From Azolla caroliniana (Eukaryota > Plantae > Polypodiophyta), in contig JBHGNT010000011.1 of the NCBI GenBank assembly GCA_043228905.1, positions 16,368,001 to 16,432,000 on the forward strand: a DNA stretch of 64,000 nucleotides, written 5' to 3'. How positions within the stretch are numbered: the stretch's first letter is position 1; each line of letters begins with the position of its first letter. The notes under the pieces were generated by a model. That model was not told where the DNA came from. It was given only the letters and a program-made list of their open reading frames with translations, and did no database searches. The position numbers and the translations under genes were made by a program. Below are positions 45,453-57,236 of the stretch, piece by piece.

Positions 45453-48400
45453 AACACCGGGTCATTCGAAACAGGTAATATGTCGCAGTCTCTTTTTCAT
45501 ATCTTAGTGAGATGTTAAAAAATGCCTTATTTAAGCAGAATTTCAACAAGGCACGACACATGTGTATGTGGTTTATGAAAACATAGCGAAAAAAAGAACT
45601 AACTAATATCACGTCAACAAAATCATCCGACGTATATTCTATCTACCATGTTTTTGTCCAAATCTTAGACAGGGGTGTATTTGTCAACACAAGTATAATA
45701 GTAACACGGGTCCTTGTGCATATTCTAAAAAGCATGCCCCATTGAATAAGTGACTTCTTCTAATTATGTGTGTATATTTAAATATAATACATCTTAAAGC
45801 AAATTGTGAACCTTGCAATTAAGAGATACTACTATGTCAAGAGAAAATTTCCATTGACACGTGATACATGACACTGTCAATGTATAAATAAACTAGTCTA
45901 CAATAACATTCCAATCATACGAGTAAATGATAGAGTATAAACTTATCTCCGATATACCCCAAATGATAAAGGAGAGTTTAGATAACATGTACACATACAA
46001 GTATACTTAATTTCTAAGTTCAATGATTGTTACACGAAAATTATAAGTAAGCTCAACTTATATATTACGTCAAAATTTAACAATTCATATTGTTCAAAAT
46101 TTACAATAAGCCATAACCATTCAATCGAATAATAAGTCTGGTAAAGCCGTCTACTCAGGATTAGCTCTTTCATCAGGATTGTTCTCATTGGCTTCGTCAG
46201 TACGCTAAGTTGACGGGTAACATCAAACTGAAGAATAGAATATAACGTTAATCTAAATTGATGTAAGTTTTATATTATATACCTGTGTCAGAAAACTAAT
46301 CTAAAACCCATTGAAAATTTGAAACAATAAAATTTGAAAAAATAAAAAATCTTGGATTTTTAATTGGAATCCAATGCGATGCCCTAGATTTCAATTGAAA
46401 ATCCAAGTTTTTTTTTTTTTTTTTGTAATTTTTAAAAAAATTTCCATTAAAAAATAAAAAATGGATTTTCAACTAAAATTCTGTGCACTACATTATATTT
46501 TAGTATATATACCTAGAATCTAATGCAATGCATTGGATTAGAGTCGAAAATCCATTTTTCTTTTTTCTTTTTCCAATGTTATTTATTTATTTATTTTCCA
46601 TATAAAAAAATAATAAACGGCTTTTCAACTGAAATCCAATACACTACATCAGATCGTAGTCTATACAACTAGACATTGATGCATTGCATCAGATTTTAGC
46701 TGGTAATCCTCTGTCTTTTCAATTGTTTTTCATTTTTTCAAAAAATAAATAAAAATATATTAAAAAAGTGGATTTCCAACTGAAATCTAATGCACTACAT
46801 CGAATTTCAATTAAAAATCCAAATTTCTTTTAGGTTTTTCATAAAACAATAAGATAATAAAAAAATATTACATTTTCAACAAAATCTGAACCATTGAGTC
46901 GGATTTCAATTGCAAATTAATGTTTTATGAAAAATCATAAGAAAAATATTGGACTTTCAATGGAAATCCGATGCACTGCATCGGATTTCTGTTGAAACTC
47001 AGTGATTTTGAACGGAAATCCGATGCAATGGAGAAAATTACAATTTGTTTATTTTTAACACTTTTCTAGAGAAAAATATAAACAAATAAGAAAATTTGTA
47101 AACAAACAAGAAAAAGTGGACTTTCATTTTTTTCAATTCCTATATATTTATTTATGATAAAAACAAAAACAATTCAAAACAAATACAAAAACAAATTCAA
47201 AATATCTGAAAAATTGGAAACAAATAAGACAAAATGGATTTTCAATAGAAATCCGATGTAGTGCATCGGATTTCTGTTGAAAACCCATTTTTTACAATTT
47301 TTATTTATTTATTTATGGGAAAAAATACAAAAAAATATTTAAAAATATGAAAATACAAAAATACAAAAAAATATTTTAAAATATGAAAATTTGGTAACAA
47401 ATAGCAAAAAAATACAAAAAATATTTTTTAAAATATGAAAATTTGGTAACAAATAGCAAAAAGTGGACTTTCAATAGAAATCTAATGCATTGCATCGGAT
47501 CTCCTTTGAAAATTCATTTTTTTATTTTCTATATAGTTATTTATGAGAAAATAGACCAACAAAATACCAAAAAAATTCTAAAAACTATGAAAATTTGGAT
47601 TGAAAATCTATTTTTTCAATATTTATCTATTTTTTGTAGAAAAAATTCCATTGAAAATCTATTTTTTCAATATTTATTTATTTTTTATAGAAAAAAAAAA
47701 TTCAAAAAAAAAAGCAAATTTGGAAAAAAATACGTAAAAGTGGACTTTCAACCAAAATCCGATGCAGTGCATCGGATTTCCGTTGAAAATCCATTTTTTC
47801 AATTTTTATTTATTTTTTTATGGGAAAAATTCAAAAAAATTCAAAAAAAAAAAGAAAATTTGGAAAAAAATACGTAAAAGTGGACTTTCAACCAAAATCC
47901 GATGCAGTGCATCGGATTTCCGTTGAAAATCCATTTTTTCAATTTTTATTTATTTTTTTATTGGAAAAATAAAAACAAATTCAAAAACAATTCAAAAAAT
48001 AAGAAAATTTTCAAAAAAATAAGAGAAATTGGATTTTCAATTGAATCCGATGCACGGAATTGGATTTCCATTGAAATCTAATTTTTCAATTTTTATTTAT
48101 TTATTCACAAGTAAAATAAAAAATGTTTATTTATTTATTTATGGGAAAATGTTTTATTTTTTCAATTTGTATTTATTTATGTATTTTCGGGAAATCCATG
48201 CAATGTATCATGTTTTAGTCTATGTAGCTAGAATTCAATGCAATGCATTAAAATGCAAGAGTATTTTTTTAATGGAAATTTTAAAAAAAATTCCAAGACT
48301 TCCAGGAATCTGATGCATTATATCCAATTCTAGATGTATAGAGTAAAATTCGACATGTTGCGTCAAATCTAGATGGAATGAATCGGATTTCTGTACGACA

Positions 48401-49161
48401 TCAAAGGCTTACTATGAGAATCTAAGAAAAATGGAAAACATCTTTAAGACATTTTTTAGATTCTAATGATTTTGGTAGAAAGCTTCTCTCACATAATCTA
48501 ATCTTGTAAATGGAAAGTACATAATGAAATATCATAACCAAAAAGTGAGGAGGAAAGATGCATCAAGCACATCTACTCTTACATTGGATAATGTTTATAT
48601 ATTAGGTTATGACTTATCTTTGACCAAAACAAGTTATCTGTGACAGACCACAATGAAGATACTAAAAGAGGATCTGGAATGTGGCTTCAAACACAACACA
48701 AAGACAAACAAGAAGCATGACTCATAAACTCGATGAGGTTGGATTGCAATTGGATCAACACAATGCATTAGTTGCCATTGATGATGAGGATGAGACCTCA
48801 TAAACTCGTACGAGTTCATCTAATGGGTATGAAGATGATGACATAAACTTGAAAAATGATTGTCCTGATACGTTAACTATAAATATTGTATTGCACATCA
48901 AGATTTGGATTCAGAATTTCTATAAATATTGGGGTTAGTCATTTTGGACATTCATTTGTAAGTTTGGCATGTCCATTATTTAGGCATTTTTTTGAACATC
49001 TAAATTTCGGTACATGTTAAAAATCAATATATTTTTGGGTCATTTTTAAAATTCCTTTACGCATGCGGCACCCCTTTTTGTGAATCACCCTAATTTGTGT
49101 CATTTTTTGATGGACAGTTCTCAAAATGCGACATATTACCTGTTTCAAATGTCCCGGTGTT
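45453..49161. mobile_element. Non-autonomous 3.7-kb TIR element with AACAC termini nested in the previous element
   Basis: 35-bp TIR AACACCGGG(T/A)CATT(C/T)GAAACAGGTAATATGTCGCA; 4-bp TSD GAAA (45449-45452 / 49162-49165); no credible ORF. Confidence 0.88.
46350..48400. repeat. Dispersed array of the palindrome GAAATCCGATGCANTGCATCGGATTTC in AT-rich spacers
   Basis: Clear copies near 46963, 47249, 47756 and 47896, plus many degenerate ones; about 140-bp tandem duplication at 47690-47960. Confidence 0.88.
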
Positions 49162-49205
49162 GAAATCCTAACAAATCGTCAGTGTCATTTTCTTCATAGA
49201 GTCTA

Positions 49206-52200
49206 TTACATAGCAATCAATTCATCAACGTCATTTTCTTCATCATCTTGTGTAGAACTGTCTTCGGCTATACGTGCATTGGTTTCCCCTGTTAGCCGAG
49301 CCAACGAAATATCTTCTATAAACTCATCATCAAGCTCTATTAGCTCCCCCGGTTCGCCGGCTAACAGAGGAATAGGCTCTCGCGAAGCAGGTTGAAACCT
49401 TTCTGTATTAGCGAGGTTCTTTGCACCGACCTCCTCATCCTGGTCTGGGCACTCCCACAAAGCCTTAATCCGCATATTAATAAATATAACTTGGTCCTCG
49501 TCCTTCTCCAATGCAACTGTATTTCTAAAAAGCTTCAATGCACATGCAGACATCGTTCCTGTGATGTAAGTAACAAGAAGATTTAGTTGTTAAACGAAAA
49601 AAAAAAGGATTGGTTATCTCAAGATCGTTACCCTAGTTCGAGGAATACCTGTGCCAGAAAAGAGATCTAATATCCAGTCTCCTTCGACAGAAAACATCTC
49701 GATCAAGCGCATCATAAGTCGTTGAGGTTTTTGGTATGGGTTGACAAGTCCCCGTTCTGTCGTGGTGACATGTCGCAATTTCCGTGTCACTGCTGGATAT
49801 ACCAACAGATTTGAACCTCCCACTTCATTAGAATGCTCCTTGATTCTCTGTTTCTTAATTTCATCGAAGTAGCCAACCGTTATGTATTCAATGGCATTAA
49901 CGAACCGAAAAGTTGGCCCTCTATTTACATTAGTCTTGATCCTATAAAAAATAATACATCGAGTTAAGAATAGATTGAACAACCTTAAGAAATGCAATAT
50001 AGTGAAAGACACCTATAAATAATCCTTACCATGCAAGGTTCTCGATGCCATGGCAACGAGATCTCAAAGCTTGAGCTACCGAGTACCCTTGGTCCATACT
50101 ATGAAAGACAACTATTCGCCACAAGGATGCAGTCGTTAGCTCAACGAAATCCTTGACCATCTTCTCCAATTGTTTAAACCTAAACGGTTCATCGTCGTAT
50201 GATGACCTAGCCATTCGAAATCCGTAAGGAATATCCGCAATCATTAGCGTATATTCCTTCTTTGGCACCTTTTGGATCAAGTCGACGACATCACCGCAAA
50301 CCACATTGTAGTAAAGATCTCTCGTAATATCTTTTTTGTGGCTAAAGTTTTTAAAGGAGCCATCTTCCTCCATTTCATACGCCTTGACTAAGCGACGATC
50401 CTTTTCTTTTCTGGCTCGCTCGAGATGTGCAAGGAAGGATGTAGGGAAATCGTGTATATCCTTAACTTCTCCTTGTTTCTTGCCTCGACATGGTTTCTAA
50501 TAGAAGCAATAGGACATCAGGTATTATTATACAAGCTCTACATATGATGAAAGGGTAATGAAAAACCATCAATACTAACCCAATCCTTGAATGCAATAAA
50601 ATACTCTGATAACGCCTTATATGAAGACGTTAGAGGATAATCCTCGGTCACTTGTTCCCAAGTTATACATCCAAGTTGTTTCATCATAACTTCTTGGATC
50701 TTCATGTACACCTTATGACTGTAAAATTAGAAATCAAGATTAGAACTTTGAATTACACCAGATAGACTACAATTTCAGTATTTGAAAGACTTACTTATTG
50801 AACTCAGTGACCATTTCTTCAAGGCTTAAATCTTTCGCCACAACCCTTGACAAAACAGACACAAGAAGCTGCTCGTCCTTAATACCTTGCATCGCTCTCC
50901 AATTGTCAAGTCAATTTTCTTGGCGGCTTGTGACTTTAACTCTGGTTGAGGGTCAACCTTACATTTCTTTTGTCGTTGACCCTTTACCTCCTTATTCTCC
51001 CACATTGAGAAGATTTGAACTTGTAGGTCCCATACTTCTCCATCTCTAAATGCCAATTGAAACCAAGATTCATATTTTCGAAGACCATCGGACTTAACAT
51101 TATCATCTACCACAATGCCGACTTCATGCAGACATTGACGTCGTAGGCCTGGATGTAACTTCACACCAAACTTTTGTTTCACGTCTAAATACTCGTGGTG
51201 GAAGAACCGTATACGCTCAATGGACGACATTTTCTGCCTATAGTCATTATCATTATTATGGTCCCATGCCAATAGCTTAGCCTCTTCGGTTGTGAGCCGA
51301 ACATAAATTTTGCACTCGGCATACTTGAAGAAGAAAGTCGTTGGATGTTCTCTCACAAGTTGTCGACGTGCCTCTGCTGAATGCGATCCACCAATGACAA
51401 AATAATTATATTGATCATGCTTTCTAATATCAAAATCTTCAATGGTTTCACATTCTTCAGGATCTACCATAACAATAAAAGGCACCACAGTGGCATGAGG
51501 ATTAATTTTCATTTTTTTCTTGAGATTTTGAACATGCATGCGGTGTGGCTCTCTAATCTCAAGTGGCCGTCGACCTGTTTTTTCATCAATAGGGGGCCGA
51601 TGGATGTGTGTTATAGGCAAATTAAACACTTGCCCTTTCCTGACCAATTTACGTTGCATTAACTCTCTCCTTATCTTATTCTGCTCGGATGACAAAACAC
51701 CCGATGCTAGCTTAGCTCCTGGCGTCCCCTTATTATCCTCCTCTTCGTTTTCACTTGTTGAATCGGTGTCTGACATTTTGGTTGTCTTCTTCTTTGGTGG
51801 TCTTGACTGGACTTTGGATACCCTTTTTGTGGCCTTCAATGGGGAGGGCACTTCATCTCTTAGAGTTACATGGCCTTGTATATAAAGCCTCAAGGTAACA
51901 ATAAGGTTTTGTGAGCTTTCAAGATCTTTTTTGAACACTTCTGGCCCACAAGATTCCTTTACTAAAAGGTCTTCTGAAAGGAACACTTTACATACCCCCT
52001 TGGAGCACTCTATCATTACCAGTATGTTGGCCGAATCTGCATCTTCGTAGTCAAATCGTAGAATACGGCCATACATAAATGGGGTTTCCTTTCCAAGTTG
52101 CCCCTCCCCCTTCTTCGTTGTTGTATACAATACGACTTTTTTCTTTGAGTCGACATATTGCATACACCATTCCTTGTCCGTTAGATCATAGTCAAGAAGG

Positions 52201-53576
52201 TCTTCACCTCCAGTAGCGGCGACAAGTTTCTTTTGGCTAACATCAATATGTGGCTGAGATTTTGTCTCCTCGTTGAAGAGAAGCTTTTTTCCTCTCTTCA
52301 TGGTCTCAGGAGCTACCTTGGTCTGGGCTTCGATTGGAGAACCCTGTATGCGAAGCTTTATTTTCTTCACAGGTCGGTCCGACAAGTTCTCAAACGACCT
52401 ATTTAAGAAAGTATATGCAAAAACATAAGTTAGGTGGTCACGTAGATTAAGGTTGTATATTAAAATATAAATATGAAGATGAAGAACAGTTCTCACTAGC
52501 AGGCGATTAGTGGTGAAGTTAAAATATCAATCATGCATTCAGAGTACATGGTAGTCCTATATTCAAAAATCTATTCTAAGCAGGGCTATTCAAACTAGAA
52601 AATATATAACGTAATAAGTAAACAGGGTTATATATTCTTTTAAAGAGTAGGTATGACTTATATAGATTGCAAACCTATATTGAGGAGAATTTGCTATCGT
52701 AAAGGCAATTTGTGGATCATTTTCTACTATTTTAAGCTATAGTAGGTCATAAACCACCTATAATTAGGGCATGTTTATTTTTAAAAGTAAGGCAAGTCAA
52801 CATAAAAAAGACTGATTTTGACAGACAATTTGATATCTTTTCCACACAATAATTAATTGTTACCCCAAAAACACAATTTTTCTCTTTCAGAGCCTTCTTT
52901 TATACAGGAACTCGATACGGCGTATCGAGTTCCTGTTTAAATCCTAAACTTTAAACGGGAACTCGAGGCGTATCGAGTTCCTGTGCTTTCTTTGCTTTTT
53001 AAACAGGAACTCGATACGGCGTATCGAGTTCGTGTTTAAAACCTAAACTTTAAACAAGAACTCGATACGCCGTATCGAGTTCCCGTTTAAAACCTAAACT
53101 TTAAACACGAACTTGATACATCGTATCGAGTTCCTGTTTAAAATCCAAACTTTAAACGGGAACTCGATACGGCGTATCGAGTTCCCGTTTAAAGTGTATC
53201 GAGTTCCTGTTTAAAACCTAAACTTTAAACGGGAACTCGATACGCCGTATCACTTTAAACAGGAACTCCATACGGCGTATCAAGTTCGTGTTTAAAGTTT
53301 AGGTTTTAAACGGGAACTCGATATGGCGTATCAAGTTCTTGTTTAAAGTTTAGGTTTTAAACAGGTACTCTATACGCTGTAACGAGTTCCTGTTTAAAAA
53401 GCCAAAAAAAATTATGAACTCGATACGCTGTATCGAGTTCCTGTATAAAGTTTTTATTGTATACAGGAACTCGATACGGCGTATCGAGTTCTTGAGCGAC
53501 GAAACATATTTACAAAAATGTCCACAGTGTCAGAGGCCTACCTAGAGTCCTCGCGCTCGATTCTCTTTGAAGACAT
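49206..53576 (-). CDS. 6-exon gene: ParB/Srx-like domain fused to a beta-class N6-adenine/N4-cytosine DNA methyltransferase (one frameshift near 50905, possibly a pseudogene copy)
   Basis: Exons 53576-53542, 52398-50795, 50718-50580, 50496-50030, 49941-49649, 49558-49206, all GT-AG and phase-consistent. ParB-like PFIVMVD...YFVIGGSHSAEARRQL...EAKLLAWDHN; motif IV LMIADIPYG; WIKTN...EYITV; NPYQKPQRLMMRLI; motif I WILDLFSGTGTMSACA...RNTVALEKD reconstructed across an intron. Confidence 0.85.
52900..53495. repeat. Array of about 12 palindromes (A/G)GGAACTCGATACG(G/C)CGTATCGAGTTCC in intron 1 of the MTase gene
   Basis: Copies separated by GTTTAAAACCTAAACTTTAAAC linkers that switch orientation around 53220-53290. 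Confidence 0.95.
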
Positions 53577-53708
53577 GGTTGATCGTGTGGTAGTGGAGGC
53601 GGAGATCGCGCTTTTGTGCTTTGTGCTCTGTGTGCTTTGTGTGCTCTATGTGCTCTGTACGTTCTGTGTGCTTTGTACGCTCTTGTGAGTGAAATATGAC
53701 GAGGTCTT

Positions 53709-53720
53709 CCTATTTATAGG
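53709..53720 (-). promoter_or_regulatory. Putative TATA box of the ParB-MTase gene
   Basis: CCTATAAATAGG on the minus strand about 135 bp upstream of the ATG at 53576. Confidence 0.55.
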
Positions 53721-54002
53721 GATTGACCACATTGGTTAAAGTAACCATAGTCACCTTAACCAAGGTTGGTAAGTTTGAGGATAGTTAGTTGGTAACCACA
53801 GTCACCTTAACTAGAGTAACTTATGATTGCATTAATGATTACAAAGTCAAACTAACATATTGATCAATCTTTTATAGTCATAACAACCTGCAATGACTTC
53901 AAAGGTCATGAAGGAGACAATGATAGAGGTTCATGAATGTACCAATGATTGATTACTAAAAGCAACAATTTTTATGACTCTCAAATGCTGTGTATTAAAG
54001 AT

Positions 54003-54165
54003 GTGAGCATGAATTAACCAATGATTGATAAGTCTAATATTTAAAATGGTGAGCATGAATTAACCAATGATTGATAAGTCTAATATTTAAAATGGTGAGC
54101 ATTAAAGAACCAATGAGTGAGAGGTTCTATATCAAAATGGGTGCCATTAATTAGCCAATGATTTT
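54003..54165 (+). repeat. 46-bp CCAAT-containing tandem repeat (3-4 copies) between the divergent genes
   Basis: TGAGCATGAATTAACCAATGATTGATAAGTCTAATATTTAAAATGG twice, plus two degenerate copies. Confidence 0.75.
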
Positions 54166-54465
54166 AACATTAATCCAACATATTCATGGGTTGTTAATGA
54201 TTAGATTTATATTATACTTGATTTAACTTCATATAGATGTAGTTTATATAATAATTGATATTTTAAATACAATTACTTTATTAAAAATAATTTTTTTATG
54301 TATTGTATTAATAGAATATTACATAATATAGACAGTCTATTGATTTGGCTTTTGTTTAGAGAGAAGTTTATGTTTAGAGAGGAGTATATGTTTAGAGAGG
54401 AGCTTATTAGTTTTTTTCCTTACCCTAAGCACATAACTTACAGAGCCCTATCTAGACCTTAAGCC

Positions 54466-57236
54466 ATGAGTGAAGATTCACCGTTCTCGATTGAAGAATA
54501 TTGTTTGCCATCAGACTCATCATTTTCTACTGAAGAGTATTGTTTGTCGACAGAGTCACCATATTCGATTGAAGAATATTGTCTGTCGATAGACACCATA
54601 TTCTATCGAAGAATATTGTCTGAGCTCATCTATAGGGAATGTAAATAATGACACATGTGAAGAGTTCTCTATTGAAGAATACGATATTAATAAAGATACG
54701 GAGAATGAAGGTAGTGCCCAGGAAACATTGAATAACATTGGCGATGGTCACAACAGAGAATTAGATTGTAACAAGGTTACACCAACCTCTATGCAGGAAG
54801 AGAAATCTGGGAGCCTTATGCATATTAGAAGAATCCCACGAAGAATTCGTCTGGCTAGATTTAGCTTGGTGACATCAGATAAACAGATTGGATTTGATGT
54901 CAAAAAAATATGTTGTGCCCGTGGTTGTATGTCTATGATTGGAAAATCAAAGTTGCGAGAATTAAGGCGATACTATTTTTCGATGACCGGTGATGAGCAA
55001 GACACTTACCTCGGGTCACATATGCAACTAGTATCTGACAAATGTACGGGGATCAAAGTATCATTCGAGTATTATATCTTCCATGCGCAACAGATATGTA
55101 GAGTTGTATTCAAAATTGCGTTATGTGTTAGTAACATGCGGCTACATAGAGTACAACAACGCCTACTTAGTGGGGATCAGATGCTCAATTGTAAAGAGGT
55201 TCCCCAAGTATGAAAGGTGCAATTGGAAGACATGCTATTGGTTGGATGAAAACTTACTTTCAGTTAAATTGTGAAGTGATGCCCACTACAGGTAGGATGT
55301 ACCTTTCTGATAATTATACACGTCGGGAAGTTTATGATGTCTATCGATCTAATATGCTAGGCTCACGTAATAAGTCTATCACCTATAGCCAATTCACAAG
55401 ATTATGGAGAGCTCGGTTTTCAAATGTTATTATTCCTCGTAAAGTACGTATGGGGTATTGCTCCATTTGTGCAAATCTTAAAAGTTTGGCTAAAGGTGCA
55501 AAGACATCAATGGAAAAGGATACGAGTAAGAAGTTACTACAAGAGCATCGTGAGGCACAATCCTTAGAACGAAAGAAGGCGATGCATCATAGAGAGAAGT
55601 GTTTGAAGAGGCCCGAACAATACATGTGCTTAATGATAAATGGCATGGACCAGAAGAAGACATGCTTGCCGCATATGCAGAGGCTCCCCAAAGATGTCAA
55701 TGATGAGTGCCTCGTTCAAATGCACTTGGTGGGATGCTTGGCTTATAATAGGTCTGTTCGACCTCACGTCTTCATTACTTACCCCAATGTTCACAATGAC
55801 AGTTATAGTGATTCACCGAGTTTTGATGTCTTGGGTCCAACCTTTCCCCCCCTGTTCTATACATTCAATTGGACAATACTGCTAGAGAGAACAAAAATTC
55901 AACTGTATTTGGCTATCTAAGTATGTTGGTCAACCTAGAACTGTTTAGGAAAGTGAAAGTCAATTTCCTTTTGGTTGGCCACACACATGACCATATAGAT
56001 CAGATGTTTAGCACATTCTCCAGACAGTTGTCTCGGCATGATGCTTTCACTTTACCTAAACTATTTGATGTCATTTGTGATGCATATACACCACGCCCAA
56101 AAGTGTTACACTTGAAGGAGGTATATGACTTTAAGAGATATATATTAGATGGGGGTGGTGGGAATGTTAAAGTGCTTGCTCAGTTAAACAATATAAGTTT
56201 CAATCACATTTTTATGATAAAGAAAAATGGAATAAGTGGTTCTACACTTTTGTATGCTAAACAATATTCATCTTCTACAACATGGGAACCTGAAGGTGGT
56301 TGCCAGTTATTACTTTGTATGCCGAGTACAATTGTCCATGGAGCTAAGCAAATGCCAATTGAGAAGAAAGGACAGTTGCAGAGCGACTTGGTATTAGAAC
56401 AAAAACGGTCATGGCTCCAAGCCTTAGAAGAAAAAAGAAAGCATATTGAGGCCGCCAAGAAATATGTCGCACAACAACACACGTCATGGTGGGATGTATT
56501 TTATAGTGATCAGAAAGAAATTATAGACAATTGTGTATCTGTTGATAATCGGAATTTGGAAACGCCATTCACATGGTCGCTGCAACATGATCGCATAAAT
56601 AGAACTCCGGAGCAACTAGTAAATGCGATTAATGACAACTTAGTCCATCCGCAACAAAGAGACATTTATGTGGGACCAAGGATGACCAAAGCAGCCGAAG
56701 CTAGATGGCAAGGCAATTTGCAAGAGCTCATCGCGGGGATGTTGATTGCAACGCCGGCTGATGAGAACTCACATGGCCACCAATTTTGGGTTGGTAAAAT
56801 TCTAGAAGTGCTAATGCATGAAATAGAAAACATGATCAAGTCTATAAATGTTCATTGGTACAACACTAGAAGTGCAAATGCTTTTACAAGTAAGTATACA
56901 TTGGAGATGATTGAATGCCCAACAAGAAGGGGAGGTAGGAAGAGGAAGCGAAACATTCGTAACACCTCGACCCTTGATATCTCTGATGTGGATATCATCG
57001 TGTACGACTTCACACTTACAAAAGCAGGACGATTAAGGAAGTCAACAATAGATATAATAAAAGAAAAATTACCAGGTCTACAAGGTGGCTCGAGTCAAAG
57101 GCAAACGAGATCGGCTACATATAATCTAGAGTCAAACCATTTGGTTTATGACGAAGATAATGCACTGATTGGTACATCCGAGGATGATGAGGAGGAATCG
57201 TCATTGTATATTAGTTATAGTAGTGATTCTCCGTAA
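54466..57236 (+). pseudogene. Sola1/DUF7869-like DD(D/E) transposase, frameshifted
   Basis: Overlapping ORFs 54466, 54728, 55210 and 55869. CC..GC, ICRVVF, CSICANLK, I(N)GMDQ (probably D to N), LDNTARENKN and FLLVGHTHDHIDQMFS motifs; lies inside the TIRs. Confidence 0.8.

Noticed and set aside
47443-48313. AT-rich ORFs in the non-autonomous element
   Set aside because: Low-complexity K/F/I/N translations of the palindrome and AT repeat.
52900-53495. CRISPR array (palindromic repeats of about 29 bp)
   Set aside because: Linkers are identical rather than unique, and the block lies in a spliceosomal intron.
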